DNA of 64,000 bases from Klebsormidium nitens (lineage: Eukaryota; Plantae; Klebsormidiophyceae): assembly GCA_000708835.1 (NCBI GenBank), contig DF237113.1, forward strand, positions 100,263-164,262, written 5' to 3'. The notes beneath the pieces are model-generated. The model ran no database searches and was not told where the DNA came from. It saw nothing but the letters and a program-made list of their open reading frames with translations. The translations under genes were made by a program, and so were the position numbers. This document shows positions 25,675 through 39,800 of the stretch, piece after piece (the first letter of the stretch is position 1; every line of letters starts with the position of its first letter).

Positions 25675-28600
25675 TTACAACCCAATCGCATCCAGCAGTT
25701 TCCAATGCTCCCAGACTGGCGCCAATGTGTTGGCGACCATAACCCCGCTCCCAGCGACTGCTGGTACTCCTATTCCTGGGAACGTTTGGTCGCCACAACA
25801 GTATAGCCCGGGGATCGGTGTGCCAGGCCCGGGGAAGGAACCTTGCCCGGCGCGAATGGCCGGTCCGTACGAACCCCGGTGACGTCGTAGGTACCGCTCG
25901 TGTGTCAACGGAGTCCCGATCAGCGAGACCTCCACCTGTAATCGGAGGATGCGGTACTTTGAGTGAGAGCCATTTTGCTCCGTGTCAGCCTGACGTCACG
26001 AGTGTCGTTTTTCGTACTCTCAGGGGCGAGCTGCACTTGTTGGCCTTTGCAAACAGATATTCTAGCAGACATTTACTTTTCCAGTGATCTGCGGCCAGGA
26101 AGCTTGCTGCGAGTATGCTCGCAAAGTGCGTTGCGGCTCCACTCTCAAGTGGACGGACAAATCAAACTTCGAAACGCAGAACCCCGGGCTTTCAATTTTG
26201 CCTCAGGTGCGGCGACAACATTCAGGCTCAAGAGAACGGTCTGGGCCGTTCCGTTTGTTCCAATCTGTCCCTTCTAAGCCAGAGCCCCCTCAGAATTCTG
26301 CTCGAAAGAAGTGTGTTACAACGTAAAGCACTGCAATCTTTTAACCTAGCTCAGACCCCTCCCGGATTTGGCACTCCTCACCTTGCTTCGGTCAAACCCA
26401 GGTCCGAGCGCCTTTTCGACGGCCTTCCAGAGCACCTCTGATCGCTCCTCTTTCAGCTTCCGGTACTCGGGGCTCTTCCGGTCGAGCCCTTCCCAGATCT
26501 CGTACGGTTCCGTTCCTGCAAAGATGTTCACGTGAATTTTAGATTGCTGCGTGCACTATCTGAGGAAGTCATTTTGTAGTGTGGTTTTCCGCTCTGACTG
26601 CCGACCTGTACCCGCGAACGGAGTGGTTCTTAAAGAAGGTTTCTCCGACTGCCCAGCAAGCTATGAAGTGCTGCGTCACTGCCGCGAGAAACAAGTCTAC
26701 AGAGGCTGACGTCAGATATCGTCCTCCTGGTAGCGATCAAGCTCCGGACAAGGATGCTGGGGGCGGAACCTGAGCTTCTCAATTTTCTCCAAGCGTTTTC
26801 GTGGGCCTGCCCAAACAGGACGGCAAAGCTCAACTCTGACGAGCTTCCTGTCAAAGCAGCCAGGATGAGCCCTAGGAATCTGATTCACTTGGACATTGCT
26901 TCAATCAAACGGAATCCCGGAACGAACGAGCGCGTGGCTGATGAGGACGCGCGTCATACGGAACCGATAACGTTGCGTGGTTTTTTTTACCAGTAAGAGC
27001 GCGACCTTTTTCTTCGTCAGGGAACGCATACAGACCGATGAGGCATTTTGAATATGCTCCTTGGCCGCAGTGAGTGCGAGGTGGCAAAAGTGGAAAGCCT
27101 AGCTCCCACAAGCGACGCCGGACCCACCTGGAGTATACGCGTGCAGAACGTGCTTGCCCGGCGGCGCAAGCGACGGGTCCAACACGCTGGGCACCGAGAT
27201 GAGGACAATGTTCTGCGGGCCGTCGACGCCCCCCTCCCACGTGTTCACCACAATGTGGTGAATGCCCAGGTCTTCAGGCAGGTCCTGCGGCGAATGATCA
27301 GGGCTTCAGTTGGATGTCCGGGCTTTCAAGAAAACCAGTTTCTGCCGATCGGCGGAGGTTGCCTGAATCTCGGGAGTCTTGAGAGAATTAGCAGATCGCG
27401 GGGCTTGGCATTCAAGGTTGTCAGGTAGGTCTGCGAGAGGGTATCATGGCTTGAGGGGGTTGTCCATGTTATTGAACATCTGAGAACATCGAGGGTTTGG
27501 GGAAAGGAGCGTTCAATCGCAGGTCTTCGAGAATCAACCAATCGTAGGGCTTGATTCCTGAGGACTGCAGGCAGATCTTGCGAGACGGTATCATGGCTTG
27601 AGGGGGACGTCCAGGTTCTCGAGCCGTGAAAATGTCGGCGGGGGTTGCAGAATATTCGGGCATCAGAAAAGATCAGGAGATGTCAGGGCCCGGATGTCGA
27701 AGGTTTTGCATTGGCAAGCCGGACCCCACTATTTGAACTCAACGAGTTACCATCAAGACGGCTGACACAGAATGTCAGACAAAGACGGACACCAGATGGC
27801 AATGTTTGGAAAGTGTAAACATTTGGGGTTGGCTGTATGCTGTGTGCGTTTTCGTTATGCGCATCTGCTTGTAGAAGCAAGCATTCGCCAACAACCAGCC
27901 ATGGTAAATCCTTGTTCGGATTTGCTCAGTCATCTGGATTGCAAACCGAAAAGACTCTTTCAACGGCGAGATTAAGGGCTTTCATCTCAAAGCATTCTGA
28001 TCACTAACCTCGTGTAACCCGCGTAGCCCCTCACCTTTTTGTCAATTCCCAGATGCAAATGCATGAAGCTCCCGCACTCCGGCGTTCCGGCACGCTCCCG
28101 CCTCCATTCCGCCGGAACTGAGCCCTCGGGGAGGAGCTTCAACGTGTCCCATGAGCTAGCGTTGCTGACGACAGCCTTCCGGGCTCGTAAAGTTCCGCCG
28201 TTCCGGAGCTGGACCCCGACCGCTTTCCCGTTTTCCACCAGAACAGTCTGAAAAGAAGGGGGAGTGAGTGACGGGAAGAGGCGGTTCGAGTGATTAACTC
28301 AGAGGGTCGCAAGGCGATTTGGAATTGAAAGAAGCACCTCATTTCCGTCGTTCCGGAGCTCCGTTCCGACCGCTATTCCGGCCTTCACCAGGCTGCTCCA
28401 AACATGAAGGAGACTTGGATCAACAGCGCTGAATTCGGATTAAGTGCTACATATCGATCCGCAGTTTGAATCCTAACCGCCTTCTGATTTACGCCGGACT
28501 CCTCTGGAAATCAGGTTGGAGCAGGTGGGCTGGAGCAGGTTGGGAGGCGGATTGAGAAGCGGTTAAGCGGCAAGTAGGGGGTAATGAAGGGGAGCGTGCA

Positions 28601-31600
28601 ATGTCAAAACCAAATGCCATTTCATCGTCTACCGGAAGATTTCAGATCTATAAAGCTTGAAAGTTGGCTTCAGGGCCGGACTAGGCGGGGGTTTACGAAA
28701 GCTGGTACGAGGAGCTGGCTGTTCGAAGCAGACATTGCTGGTTTTAAGAGTGGATTTGTACGCGGTGAGGAAAGTCCAGAAGTTTCATTCTACGGAGTTG
28801 GAACCCCAGTCGCAGAGGAGTCAATGGTCCAAGACAGCAGAGTTGACATACGCTTCTCCAGAATAGAATGACGATATCTCAGAAGAGTTGACGTATCAGT
28901 CCCGTTGAGAACCTCGCAACAGTCTCCTTGATTGCGAGGCGTCTTTCGCGTGCGCACAGTCAGGCCATCTCGCACAAATTGCGGATTCAGTGGACAAACT
29001 GGTGCGTTGAAGGTTTCTTTTCGAACGAACGTGAATAGCCGGCCGTCTTCCGCGTGTGCTAGTCAGGCTGTCTTGCACCAAACCCAGATTCAGTGGACCA
29101 AAAATGGTGCGGTTATAAGGTTTCTTTCGGCGAACCTGGTAAGCCAGCCTCCTTACCTCGACGTGCGAGTTGAGGGACAGCTTCCCCCCGTGCTTCTCTA
29201 TACCCCGCACCAAAGCGTCGATGAGCGCCCCGACTCCTCCTACCGGGTACTCGAGCATACACCCGGGCTTGTACCACTCCCCAAACATGTACACCTGTGC
29301 CCGCAAATCAGCAACTTCAGCAGAGCTTGGAAAAGTCGGGCCGTACATTCTCGAACTGGGGCGATAATAATTGGACCCCGCCCTTCAGAACACGAGTCTT
29401 TTTGCATTGTTTCCTTTTCAGCTGTTTGCCTGGAAGGGCGAGAAGTATATCAGATTGTATAGACTGCTTCGCTGCTCGATACCAGCTCGAACCCACCCCG
29501 AGACCTTTCTTTTGGCTGCTCAGCAACTGGCGGGTAAAAAGCGAACAATGGCCCGGCCGGTTTGCCAGTAGCTTTCAACACTGCACCGAAGGAGACTCCA
29601 ACAACAAATTTCAATCGGAAACATTTATCTCAAAGACAGATGCGAAACGCATCACGCAGACACGCCGACGAGACCGTCTATCAAGCCACGGATCATATCC
29701 AAAGCCCTCACCATTTCAGCTGCGATCGTCCCATCCGCAGGCACTCCCGAGAGAAGAAACGCCAGCAGATTGCACCAGTTACGGAGGAAGGGCGTCTTGA
29801 TTTGTGCGTCGTCCAACAGCTGGGTGAATGGCCCCATCAGCTTGCCGGCGCCCAGCGCTGCGGCGGGGCCCCCTTGAGCAAACGTCTGGAACAGAGCCGG
29901 GGCGAATCTGGTCAAGGGACAACCAGCATGATTTATGTGCACTTCAGGAGGGTAAATGTACCAAACAAGGTTAGAGACGAGGAGACGGAGGGGAGATTGA
30001 GAGAACTTACAGACACCACGGAATCCGCGAAAGTGTGGTACAGAGCCGGCGAGAATCTAGTCAACGGAGTGACTGATTGATTGTGTGTGCGTTTGAAAGG
30101 CCTAAAGAAGTTAAAACGGGTTTGCCGGGGGGCCACAAGATTCAGAGGAGGAGGAAGTCGAATTGAGTCGAACATACAAATACATCCAAAAGAATTTGAG
30201 CCGTGCCATTAACCAGCCTGGTTTGCAGTTGGCTTTGTAGACGCTGATGAGCTAGAAATGTCAGGTCAGCAGGTCAGACGCAAGTAAGCAAGACGATTGA
30301 ACGGTGTGAAAGTTGACCGTAGCGACTAAGTTAGAGTCGGAACGAATTTGATCACGGGGGTGGACAACCTGGTTCTTCTTTTATCTAAACGCAGGTCGCT
30401 TAAGAGGAGCAGCGGCGACTACTGTTCCTAACCACTTACGAACACACTACTCAGAACAAGGAATGTCGGGCCTTCCCGCTGACAATCGACACACAAGGTT
30501 AAAGACCTTCAGAGTATTTCTCTTTCGACGACTGCATCTCTTGGAAGTTTTGCACAATACACTCAGCAACTTGTACCCGAGCACGAGCGAATCAACCAAG
30601 TTCATAACTTGGTGAATAGAAGAGCTGGGAGAACAAGCTTGATTACGCTCATCGATCGATCTTGAACCTCACATGTTAAGGCAACAATCTTTCACAGGCC
30701 ATAGCGACTTCCTTTGGACATCTCTGAACACAAAAGCGATTGCCAAACTCGTACCTCAACACTGTGAGCGCGACGGCCGGGTCTGCCCTCAGCGCAGCAG
30801 GGGGCAGAGCCATAGCTGCCCCTGAGAGCGGCTTTATACTTTCGAGCAACCGCGACCATTCTTCCACCGCTTCCGGTCCGCACAGCTTCATCAAAACGTC
30901 CTTGAAATCGTCTGGCCCTATTTTGCTGAGGACGTCTCCCTCCGGCAGGTAGCACATCCAAGCGTCATATTGGATGCAGGGAACGGACTCACCCAGTGCG
31001 TCGAGCACCTGGGGCAAAAGTGTTGTTTGTCTCCGGTCCCATCAGATGTAAGAAAAGCCAAAACAGAGCAGATCTCATCGCTTGCAGTTCAATAAACTGA
31101 TGGGTGCGAAAACAGATGCACTGTATTGTACGACAAACAATCAAATTTTGGACGATCCTATCAGGAAGGGGTAACCCTCTGAGCATCTCACCGAGCAGAA
31201 CGGACGTGGGGTAAGGCGCAGGAAATCAACAGAACTTTGAAAAGCTCTAATCAACGTTCCAAAGTCATGCGACGTTCAAATAAGTGTCCACGGAGCCGAA
31301 GATTGGTCCTAATCTGGATTTTGGGGATGGTGATAGCCAATGACGAGTCGGAGTTTCTGAGGATATTGGATGTGCTCTGATCTACTGAGACTGTATGGGA
31401 ATCGCGGTGTAAATCACACTATCAACACAGCAGTCTTCTGTTTGGCACCTTTCAAGTGCGGCGGTTTTCCCTTGAAAGACAAGCAACTATGGCCAGAAAG
31501 TCTTGTGCAATTGGGGAAGCTCACATAGTTTTCCATTCATGTGGACAGATCAATAGCGATGTTTGCAGAAGATGAAAGTTCTTTGCTAGGATATTCAGAA

Positions 31601-33006
31601 GGTGCCTTTCTGTGGACTTCTGAAAGACTTTCAGATAGAAGGCGGACGTCAGAACCGTTCTTGTGCCCTTTCTTTTTAGAGAAGTTTTTCGAGTGGGGGG
31701 GTCTTTTTCGAAAAATAGGTACCCTATCTTCTAGTAAAGACGATTAAAAGTACAAGAGACTTACTTAAGTGCCCCAGCCATGAGCTTGGCGTTTGCAGGG
31801 CAAGAGCTGGGCTCAGTTATCAGGGGGGGGGGCTTACCTGTGCAAGAGGGTTTGCCTGAGCTCCTTTGCTGGACAGCCCTGAGAAAAGGGACGGGCCGGA
31901 GTCGAACTCATAACCTTTGATCTCAAAACCGTGTGCGGCGCCGCCAGCGATGTCATGAGACTCGCAAACCACCACATCCTGTAAGAGCGATGCGATCAGC
32001 AACAAGGACTTTCAAAGATCTATAAATCCTAGAATGTTTGAACTGCACTTGGTTTCAGACCGTTTGCAAATGAAGACACTGATCACTAAAAATACTCTAC
32101 AAAAGATTCAGTGATTTTCAAGGCACGCGGCCATGTGTGCTACCGTTGTAGTCTCCAAACCCCGGACGCGGTAGCATCGTGCAGGGGAGGGGGGGGCATG
32201 GCGATGACGCGACAAGCATTTCCAAAGTCTCGCTTGGTATGCTCTTGTGTTGCCATCTTATGGCACTTGTCTTGCTTTCCTTTCTGTGAGCCGTGCGCTT
32301 CTTCTGGTCACTTTCTTATCGACGGCACAGATTGTCCCGATTGCCGCAAGAGCGTATCAGCGGCCATGTGTGCGTACCGTGTCAATAGCTTGACAACTAA
32401 TCAATGTACCTCCGACTTCCTTGTCAACGGCAGACTTTCTTTGTAACTGCAAAAGGGGCTATCAGCATCACGTGCATAATGCCAAGAGTTATCAACAAGT
32501 TGAAAACCGCTTCAACGTACCTCCCCATATCTTGCAAGCAGCCCCGCACAACTGAGCCCGCCGATGCCTGAGCCTACCACCACAACATCGCATGTCCTAG
32601 TCTCCCCTGGACCAACCAAAGGCTTCCTGTCTCCTTTTCCTGCTTTGCTGCCTTTCTCGCGCACTGACTGCTCTGCAAGGGCTGCTTGAGGTAACACCAA
32701 TTGTGAAGCTCTGACAGAGAAAGACCGTTTTGAGGAATGAGTTAGAGACTCGGAAAGAGGAGCGATCTGCCATCTGCTAGAAAGATCTCTACATGGTTGA
32801 CTTTGCAATGTACGTCTGGTATGTGCAGGGATACAAGCCCTGCCTTTTGATGCACATTCGCTTCGCTTCAAAGTCACTCCATGACCTGAAAGTCTCCTCA
32901 AGTCCGAGTTATGCTTCTGACCACGTGATGCAACTGCGACTGTGTCTGCAAGGGGGGAGACAGGCAGCTTGCTGGCAGCAATTGCTACTGAGGGCGCCAT
33001 TGGCAT
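25675..33006 (-). CDS. carotenoid isomerase-like FAD-dependent oxidoreductase (At1g57770/CRTISO2-type, distinct from canonical CRTISO), with plastid transit peptide
   Basis: Nine phase-consistent exons: 33006-32521, 31978-31838, 31008-30755, 29907-29712, 29294-29157, 28247-28035, 27284-27128, 26515-26382, 25935-25675. Rossmann motif DVVVVGSGIGGLSC, FDSGPSLFSG, ANPLAQVLDALGE, FMHLHLG and FPGIGVPAVAGSG...LLDAIGL are collinear with the At1g57770 clade as recalled. Confidence 0.92.
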
Positions 33007-33852
33007 CGCCTTCCACTTGCTCGAAAGGGCGATGCCGAGCTGGGGACTCGCTGGAACCGTCCAAGATCCAATTCTGGTGCAGGAGAGACTCGAACCCCAG
33101 GGCCAACGCCACGGTTCCGAACATCGTTGGACTAATTGCCTCGTTTTAAGGCTAATTTTCTGATTAGACTACAATATACATGCTTTAAGTTTGGGTTAGG
33201 TCGAGTCTGGTAAAAATGGTCTACGGTATCTGACACCACGCCTGACATAAGTACGTATGCCCATGGTGTTAACCCGTGCTTGACCTCAGGCCCCGACTTT
33301 CCAACCTTGGACAGTCTCAAGCTGACATCTTAACCGTCCATGTATTTAAGGTTCTTATCTGACGGCCACTGAGACATCTTGTGCTTGAGATTTTTGTCCC
33401 TGGGGGTCCCCTGTAAAGTTTATGGCCGGGGCCAATGTGCGCGCGGCATTGCGCACATGGCCATTGGCTGGTATGGTGCCAACTGTCGCCAGTTGGCAGC
33501 ACAGGGGCAGATGACGGTTTTCTAGGTACGCTAGAAATCTAGATCCCAGCTGAGAGCAAGCCTACAAGTTCAGGCATTTCCTGAGGAGAAGCAGCACCTT
33601 TTCTTCTTGCCGCCACTGGCGCGTTTTCTGCAGCCTGAATCCAGCTTGTGGATGGGCCAAGGAGGTCCATCTTTTGTACCAAAGTGCCCGTGGCCGTCGT
33701 CTCAATCAACAGCCTCTTGGGTTAGTGTAAGTTCCTCCAGTCCTGCGCCAAGCATAATATCTGCGCTTGCTTTTTGCAAGAGGACAGCCGCTAAAATCCC
33801 GTAAGTTTTCGAGATCTTGCATTTTAAGGTGGGCCCCCGCAGGTTTTTCAAC
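33007..33852. promoter_or_regulatory. head-to-head intergenic region, possible bidirectional promoter
   Basis: Only about 850 bp separate two divergent start codons. It contains an imperfect inverted repeat GGCCAATGTGCGC...GCGCACATGGCC (about 33430-33462) with CCAAT/ATTGG boxes. Confidence 0.5.
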
Positions 33853-36800
33853 ATGTTGTCGTCGGACGACAGCGACTTCCGGTTTAGCACCGGGTTGCAG
33901 AACCATGATGAGAAGAAGTCCCTTATCAAGGAGCACTCGCTGGCGCTCAGCGATAGCAAGCTTCCACGCCCTTCAAACCTCCCCCCGTTCTCTCTTGATG
34001 GCCCTGACAAGAACGTTGGCAAGAGCCCGAGAAAGATCATCACAAAGAGCCCCAGCAGGGCTCGGATGATGCCGGGGATGAGCAGAATTCCGAGCAGCAA
34101 CAGTCCAAAGGGGTGGAGCTTTGACGATTTCGAACATGAGTACAATGCGCAGCAGCACTCCCCCGATCTCCGGCCACTGTCGACCCCTAGAACGCCAGCC
34201 CTCTCCCCTAGAAGCTCCTTTAGCAATCTGCCGCTGATGTCCGGAATGCAGCACCCCATGGTCCAAGAAGCGGAGGACCTCTTGCACAAGTCACTGATAT
34301 ACTTCAGGGGCAAGCCAATTGGGACGATCGCGGCCATCCAGGACGGGACTGAAGAGGCTCTCAATTACAATCAGGTAGTAATGCTGACCCTCTTGTAAAG
34401 TGGATGCCATCTGATGTCCCGAGTGAAATAGAGTGATTCTGCGGGCTTTAGCCGTGGTCTGGCTTTGATAGCTCAATTGGTGCTTTTAACTCAATGTGAC
34501 AACACCGCAGCTGACTGTGAGTTGCATAGATTCTCCCTGGTTTCTGTGAGCATTTGGTGAACCCTAGCTTTCCCCTTTGGCGGATGCTGGCCACATTCCC
34601 TAGAAATGCAGAGTACAGATGCAATCAGATTTTTTTTTTTCCAGAATCAAACATTTACACCATTCTGAAAAAGAAGGTCTTCTGCTGGCAACCTATGTAG
34701 CTTGTAGCTTGTGCTTGGCATAAACTGCTGGATCGAAGGTTGGATTTCATCATCAAGGTCCATAATCCGTCTCAGATCTTTGATCTATCTTAAGACCTGT
34801 AATTGGACCAAGCTGAAAATAGTAGAGCTGGTGGTGCAGGTTTTCGTGCGGGACTTCGTGCCTTCAGCACTAGCGTTTTTGGTGAGTTGAAGCGCCATGG
34901 TGCCTCCTGTGTGATTGAATGTTGCCTCATGCTCTCATGTGACCAGTATCAACCAGAAATTGTTCAGGCAATGCAAAAGGGGACCTTTTGCGTTGCACAC
35001 GGTAGCATGATGGTGGACTTAGGAGGAACATGATCTGCTAGTCTTTGGAGTCCTTACTTTGCCGCTTGCATCAGTGCAGAACATAGTGGATGTGACGAGA
35101 TGGAAAAACCAAATAGGAAGCAAAACCAGCACAATCCCAATATAGCGGCAAGGAACGACTCACTCACCGCTCAGCATGTCTCTGCTGCGTAAGATGAGGC
35201 CCGTCCAGTATGAAGAGTCTCTCCAAGGTGTTGGCAGTGCGATAAGTTTCCAGAGGCTCAATGTTTTCTTCTGAGTGCTGTGCTTGTCGCTTCTTGACCA
35301 GATGAAAGGCGAGCCTGAGATTGTCCGGAACTTCTTGATGAAGACGCTGCGGCTGCAAGCATGGGAGAAGAGGATAGACTGCTTTACTCTCGGGGAGGGG
35401 GTCATGCCGGCCAGCTTCAAAGTGCTCCACGACCCTGTCCGGAACACTGACACAATGATTGCTGACTTTGGGGAAAGTGCGATCGGACGAGTAGCCCCAG
35501 GTGAGCGTTGGTTTGACACGAGGCGCTAAATTTATTTCTTGTAAGTTTCGTTATAGCCACTGGACTGGTCTATGCCTGGTCCAGAATTAGTCAACAGGAG
35601 TGGACAGAACCAGGTAGAAGCTATGTATAAGAGCAAGCGGTCATGCTATTTTGTCTGTGCACCGTCAGAAGTACTGGTGCAGAATGTTGGCACCTTGAAA
35701 GCAGTGGTGTCAACAAATCAGCCGAGCTCCATCCAGTATACCAGCTTCAAAGAGCTGCAACAGCGGAGGGCCCTGCTAGGCTTCAAAACCTTCAGCGCAT
35801 TCACGGTTCTTTGTGGTCTTCCATCCTCCAGTGGATTCCGGGTTCTGGTGGATCATTCTGCTGCGAGCATACGGACGAGCGACGGGGGATCACACGCTTG
35901 CAGACCATCCAGACATCCAGCGGGGGATTATCCTCATTCTCCAGCTGTGTCTGGCGGACGGGTTTGACACGTTCCCGACGTTGCTGTGTGCGGACGGCTG
36001 CTGTATGATTGACCGGCGGATGGGGATTTACGGGTATCCGATCGAGATCCAGGCGCTGTTCTACCATGCATTGAGGTGAGGCGAAAGGATGACGACGTGG
36101 CGATCAGCACCATGTTTTGGGGGTTTCATGCCGAAGCGCCAGTCTATGGGCTTTTTAACGTTCTCTCGTTTGACCGAAGTGAGATGCAGTGCCGAGAGGG
36201 GATATGCTAGCATAACGCCAGGAACGCTGGTACTTTGTGCTCCTAGACATGAACCTTCTGAGGCCATGTGCTTTTCTGCATCGAAGAACTCAAACTGACG
36301 TTGTATTCTGAGCACAGCCACTTGATACATGGAGAACACTGTCCAGTTCAGGTATCCTAACCTGAGGCTCCAAATCAGGAATAAAGACTATGATAATTTC
36401 CGATTGAGGGGGTGCACGGGGGAAATCCAACTGGCTTCCTGGGATCCTTTAGGCAGCGAGATAAGGCAGGGATCTCCGTTGGGTCCAATTTCGAATGCGT
36501 TGGAGCAACTAGGCTTCCGATAGCGGGCCAACGTATTGCATCGATTGTTTGGAAGCCCCATCGCTGCGAAAGTCAGTTAGTCCAAAGACTTCCCTACTAG
36601 TGCCGGTGTGCAAAGGCAAGGGCTAGAGCCGTGAGGAGGAGGGCAAGAACGTCTTGAAGCGGGGAGATCAGCGGCGGTAGGTAGTAGTAGACTGCTCAAG
36701 GGCTCGGCTCTTCCCACAAGGTTTTGGAGCAAGTTTCGTTTCCACGCACATACACTTAGATCCGTCTGCACGAAGCCAGGTCAAGCCTGCGAACTAGAAG

Positions 36801-39800
36801 GTGCGCTTGATTTCTTTAGAAGGGGTTTCCGTCACGAGTGCAGCACACGGAGCAGATGCGACAGTGACGGAAAAGGGTAAATCTTCGCAAACCGCAGCCT
36901 AGATTCATCGTTTCTTGAGCTGGGAAGAACGACTTCTTTTGCTGGTGCAGGTGCGCCAAGCAGATGCTGAAGCCGGAGGGGGAGGGCAAGGACTTTCTGG
37001 AGCGGGTAGACAAGCGGCTGTACGCGCTGACGTTCCACATGCGCAACTACTTCTGGCTGGACCACTCCAGCCTGAACAACATCTACAGGTACAAGACGGA
37101 GGAGTACTCTGAGGTGAGCGGCAGCCAGCGATATGAAATCTCTGTTCCCGCATACTTGCGGCGAATCATGCATCCATACGTTTGCTTCTTGACGTCATCG
37201 TGAGGGCATCGCTATCGATTCCTTCCAGTCGGCTAACCGACCAAGTCTCTGTGCGGAATACTGGTGTGAACGACATTATCAGGGGTCAAAAGGGGCTTTT
37301 GGACTCGAAACGCGCCGCATCTGTGAGGAAAGCGGAGTCGAACGAAACTGCGATACAGAACACTTCTGAAAGAAAGCGCTTCCTGGGATTCTCATGTGCA
37401 GTCCGTTCGAGCCTAAATTCTGCTCGGCGTTTATAAAAGGTACAACAAGCACGGACAACGGCCGATTCTGATTTCATACCGTCCGCTCTGAGCACTTGTT
37501 CCTCTGCCGCCTGTTGTCAACAGATCTATTGTTCATTCATCCATAACCGTCGATGGCGTATACGCCTGCCCAGAAACTTTGCATCATTATCGTAGTCATG
37601 CCGTCGCTTCCTGCAAGTGCCGGAAACCCCAGCATGGGGTCGAGAAATAGGATTTGAGACAACTTTGAGCTTCGGAATCCCCTTCGGGCTGATCCTAGTT
37701 TCGCTTCGAGATTTTTCTTGCACCTTCTTCTCGATCAGGTCCTCGACATTAAACTCTACTTTGATACTGGTCCCTTCAAGCGCGGAGCGTGCACCAGCCG
37801 TCCCCGCTCATGATGTCTAAGCCCGGAAGCTGCTCTTGACTAACCTGATTCTCGTTTGCTGACGTCACAGACCGCGGTGAACAAGTTCAACGTCATCCCC
37901 GACTCCATCCCCGACTGGGTCATGGACTTCATGCCGCGCAAGGGCGGTTACTTCATTGGGAACGTGTCCCCCGCGCGCATGGACTTCCGGTGGTTCGCCA
38001 TCGGCAACTGCATGGCCATTATCTCGTCGCTCGCCACCACGGAGCAGGCCAACATGATCATGGATCTGATCGAGGCGCGCTGGGACGAGTTAGTCGGGGA
38101 GATGCCCATGAAGGTGAGTTCTAATGTATCTTAGCACACAAGTTTCAGCAGCTGCTTTTAAACAGAGAGCCCCGATCCGGAGCATACATATCACCATGGA
38201 CCTCCTCGAGGCGCGCTGGGATGAGCTCGTCACAGATATGTTCACGAAGGTTCAAGACAACACTTAGCGTCCTTTCTCTTTTCATGTCGCACTTCCGTTC
38301 GTCCTCGCTTTTTTCTCCCGTCTAGTTGCTTAAGCTGGGTCCTTCACTAGTAAGTTCAACATGCGTGAGAGTCAACACATAGAGCTGCAGCTTTCTAAAA
38401 CGAGAGAGCCTAGATTACACATAGCCCACCATTTTATGATGGACGTTTATGGACGTCAGCGGGGCACGCCGAGATAACTTGGTCGGGGAGATGCACATGA
38501 AGGTGGGTCTTAGAGAAACTTTGGACCTTAAGCACACAAAACTCCCGCGACTTACAATGAGAAAACCCAGATTTGGACAGCATAGACATAAGTGTATATT
38601 TCACTGAGCCGTGCTGAGATGAGCTGGTCGGAGAGATGCCCATGAAGGTGGGTTTCAAAAGCACACAACAATGTAGCCGCTGAAAACCTGGAAACGTAAA
38701 ATTTGGACAAGATAGACCCTAAATCTATGATCCGCTGATGCGCGCTGGTGAGGCGGATGGTGGTGAGATTGCACTGTTTCGAGTTTCAAGCAGTAAATCC
38801 TCGCCCCACAAAAAGAGTTTTGAAATTCCCTGACCTTACCAAACAGCTGATCACGGCCCGGGGTATTCAAGGTTCGTCAGGACGGGGTTACGGTTAGTTG
38901 GAGCAAACCCGGCTGTCAAGGAACTTATATGCCGTCCAATCTTGGCTTGCAGTCACGAATGGCAGCGCTATGATTTCGATCCCTGCAACTTGGTCCTTCC
39001 GTGGTTCGCTTGTATTGCGCGGTAAAAGGACACCAGTGGCTGCTCATCACGGGCTGTGGCCCTGCCACACGAGACCCTCTCGCGACTCTGTGTGGCGACT
39101 GAAAAGAAGAGGTGTAGATAAGGTCGCTCTGCCACGCCTCAAAGAGAACGAAACCACTTTTTTGTGGTCAAGAGACCCCCCGCTAGAAGGCTTAGCACTG
39201 GCTGCGACCCTGAAACCCTCGTGACTCGGTTCCGGCGACTCAAAAGCGGTGATTGCAACACTAGTGTTGCCTCGAGATTGTCGAGTCGCTGCGCCCCACT
39301 CAATCCGCAATGATAAGCAGTTTTTGAAGCGGCGTGCTTCGTGCTAGAAGGGCTAGGGGGGCGCCTCAGCATGCGACTCAGAAGTAGCGGGTTCAGCAAC
39401 AATCTCGCATCGAGTCGAAGAGAAAGGACCGTTTCTTTTTCTTCCAGGCGACGTACCCCGCGGTAGAAGGGCACGAGTGGCGGCTCATGCCGAGTGCGAC
39501 CCTAGACCCCTCGTAACCGGATCCGGCGACTCAAAGAACAATGAGCCAAAGATTCTATCACCGTGAACGCGTCGGAACGCCATGCGCACTCGACACTCAC
39601 GGCTCTCACAAACAACGAGTGATATCTACGTATCTAACGAGAAACAATCAACAGAAAGAGTTGCTTTTCTTTCAGGCGACGTACCCGGCGCTAGAAGGGC
39701 ACGAGTGGCGGCTCATCACGGGGTGCGACCCGAAGAACACGCGGTGGTCGTACCACAACGGCGGCTCGTGGCCGGTCATCTCCTGGATGCTGACGGCGGC

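Noticed and set aside
25675-33006. Calling this gene canonical CRTISO
   Set aside because: N-terminal and internal motifs match the At1g57770 paralog clade rather than CRTISO proper, so prolycopene isomerase activity is not assumed.
33075-33100. Minus-strand GGGGTTCGAGTCTCTCCTGCACCA resembling a tRNA T-arm plus CCA
   Set aside because: No complementary 5' acceptor strand, D-arm or anticodon arm upstream, and the T-stem pairs poorly; at most a fragment.
33702-34364. 220-aa minus-strand ORF
   Set aside because: Antisense shadow of invertase exon 1.
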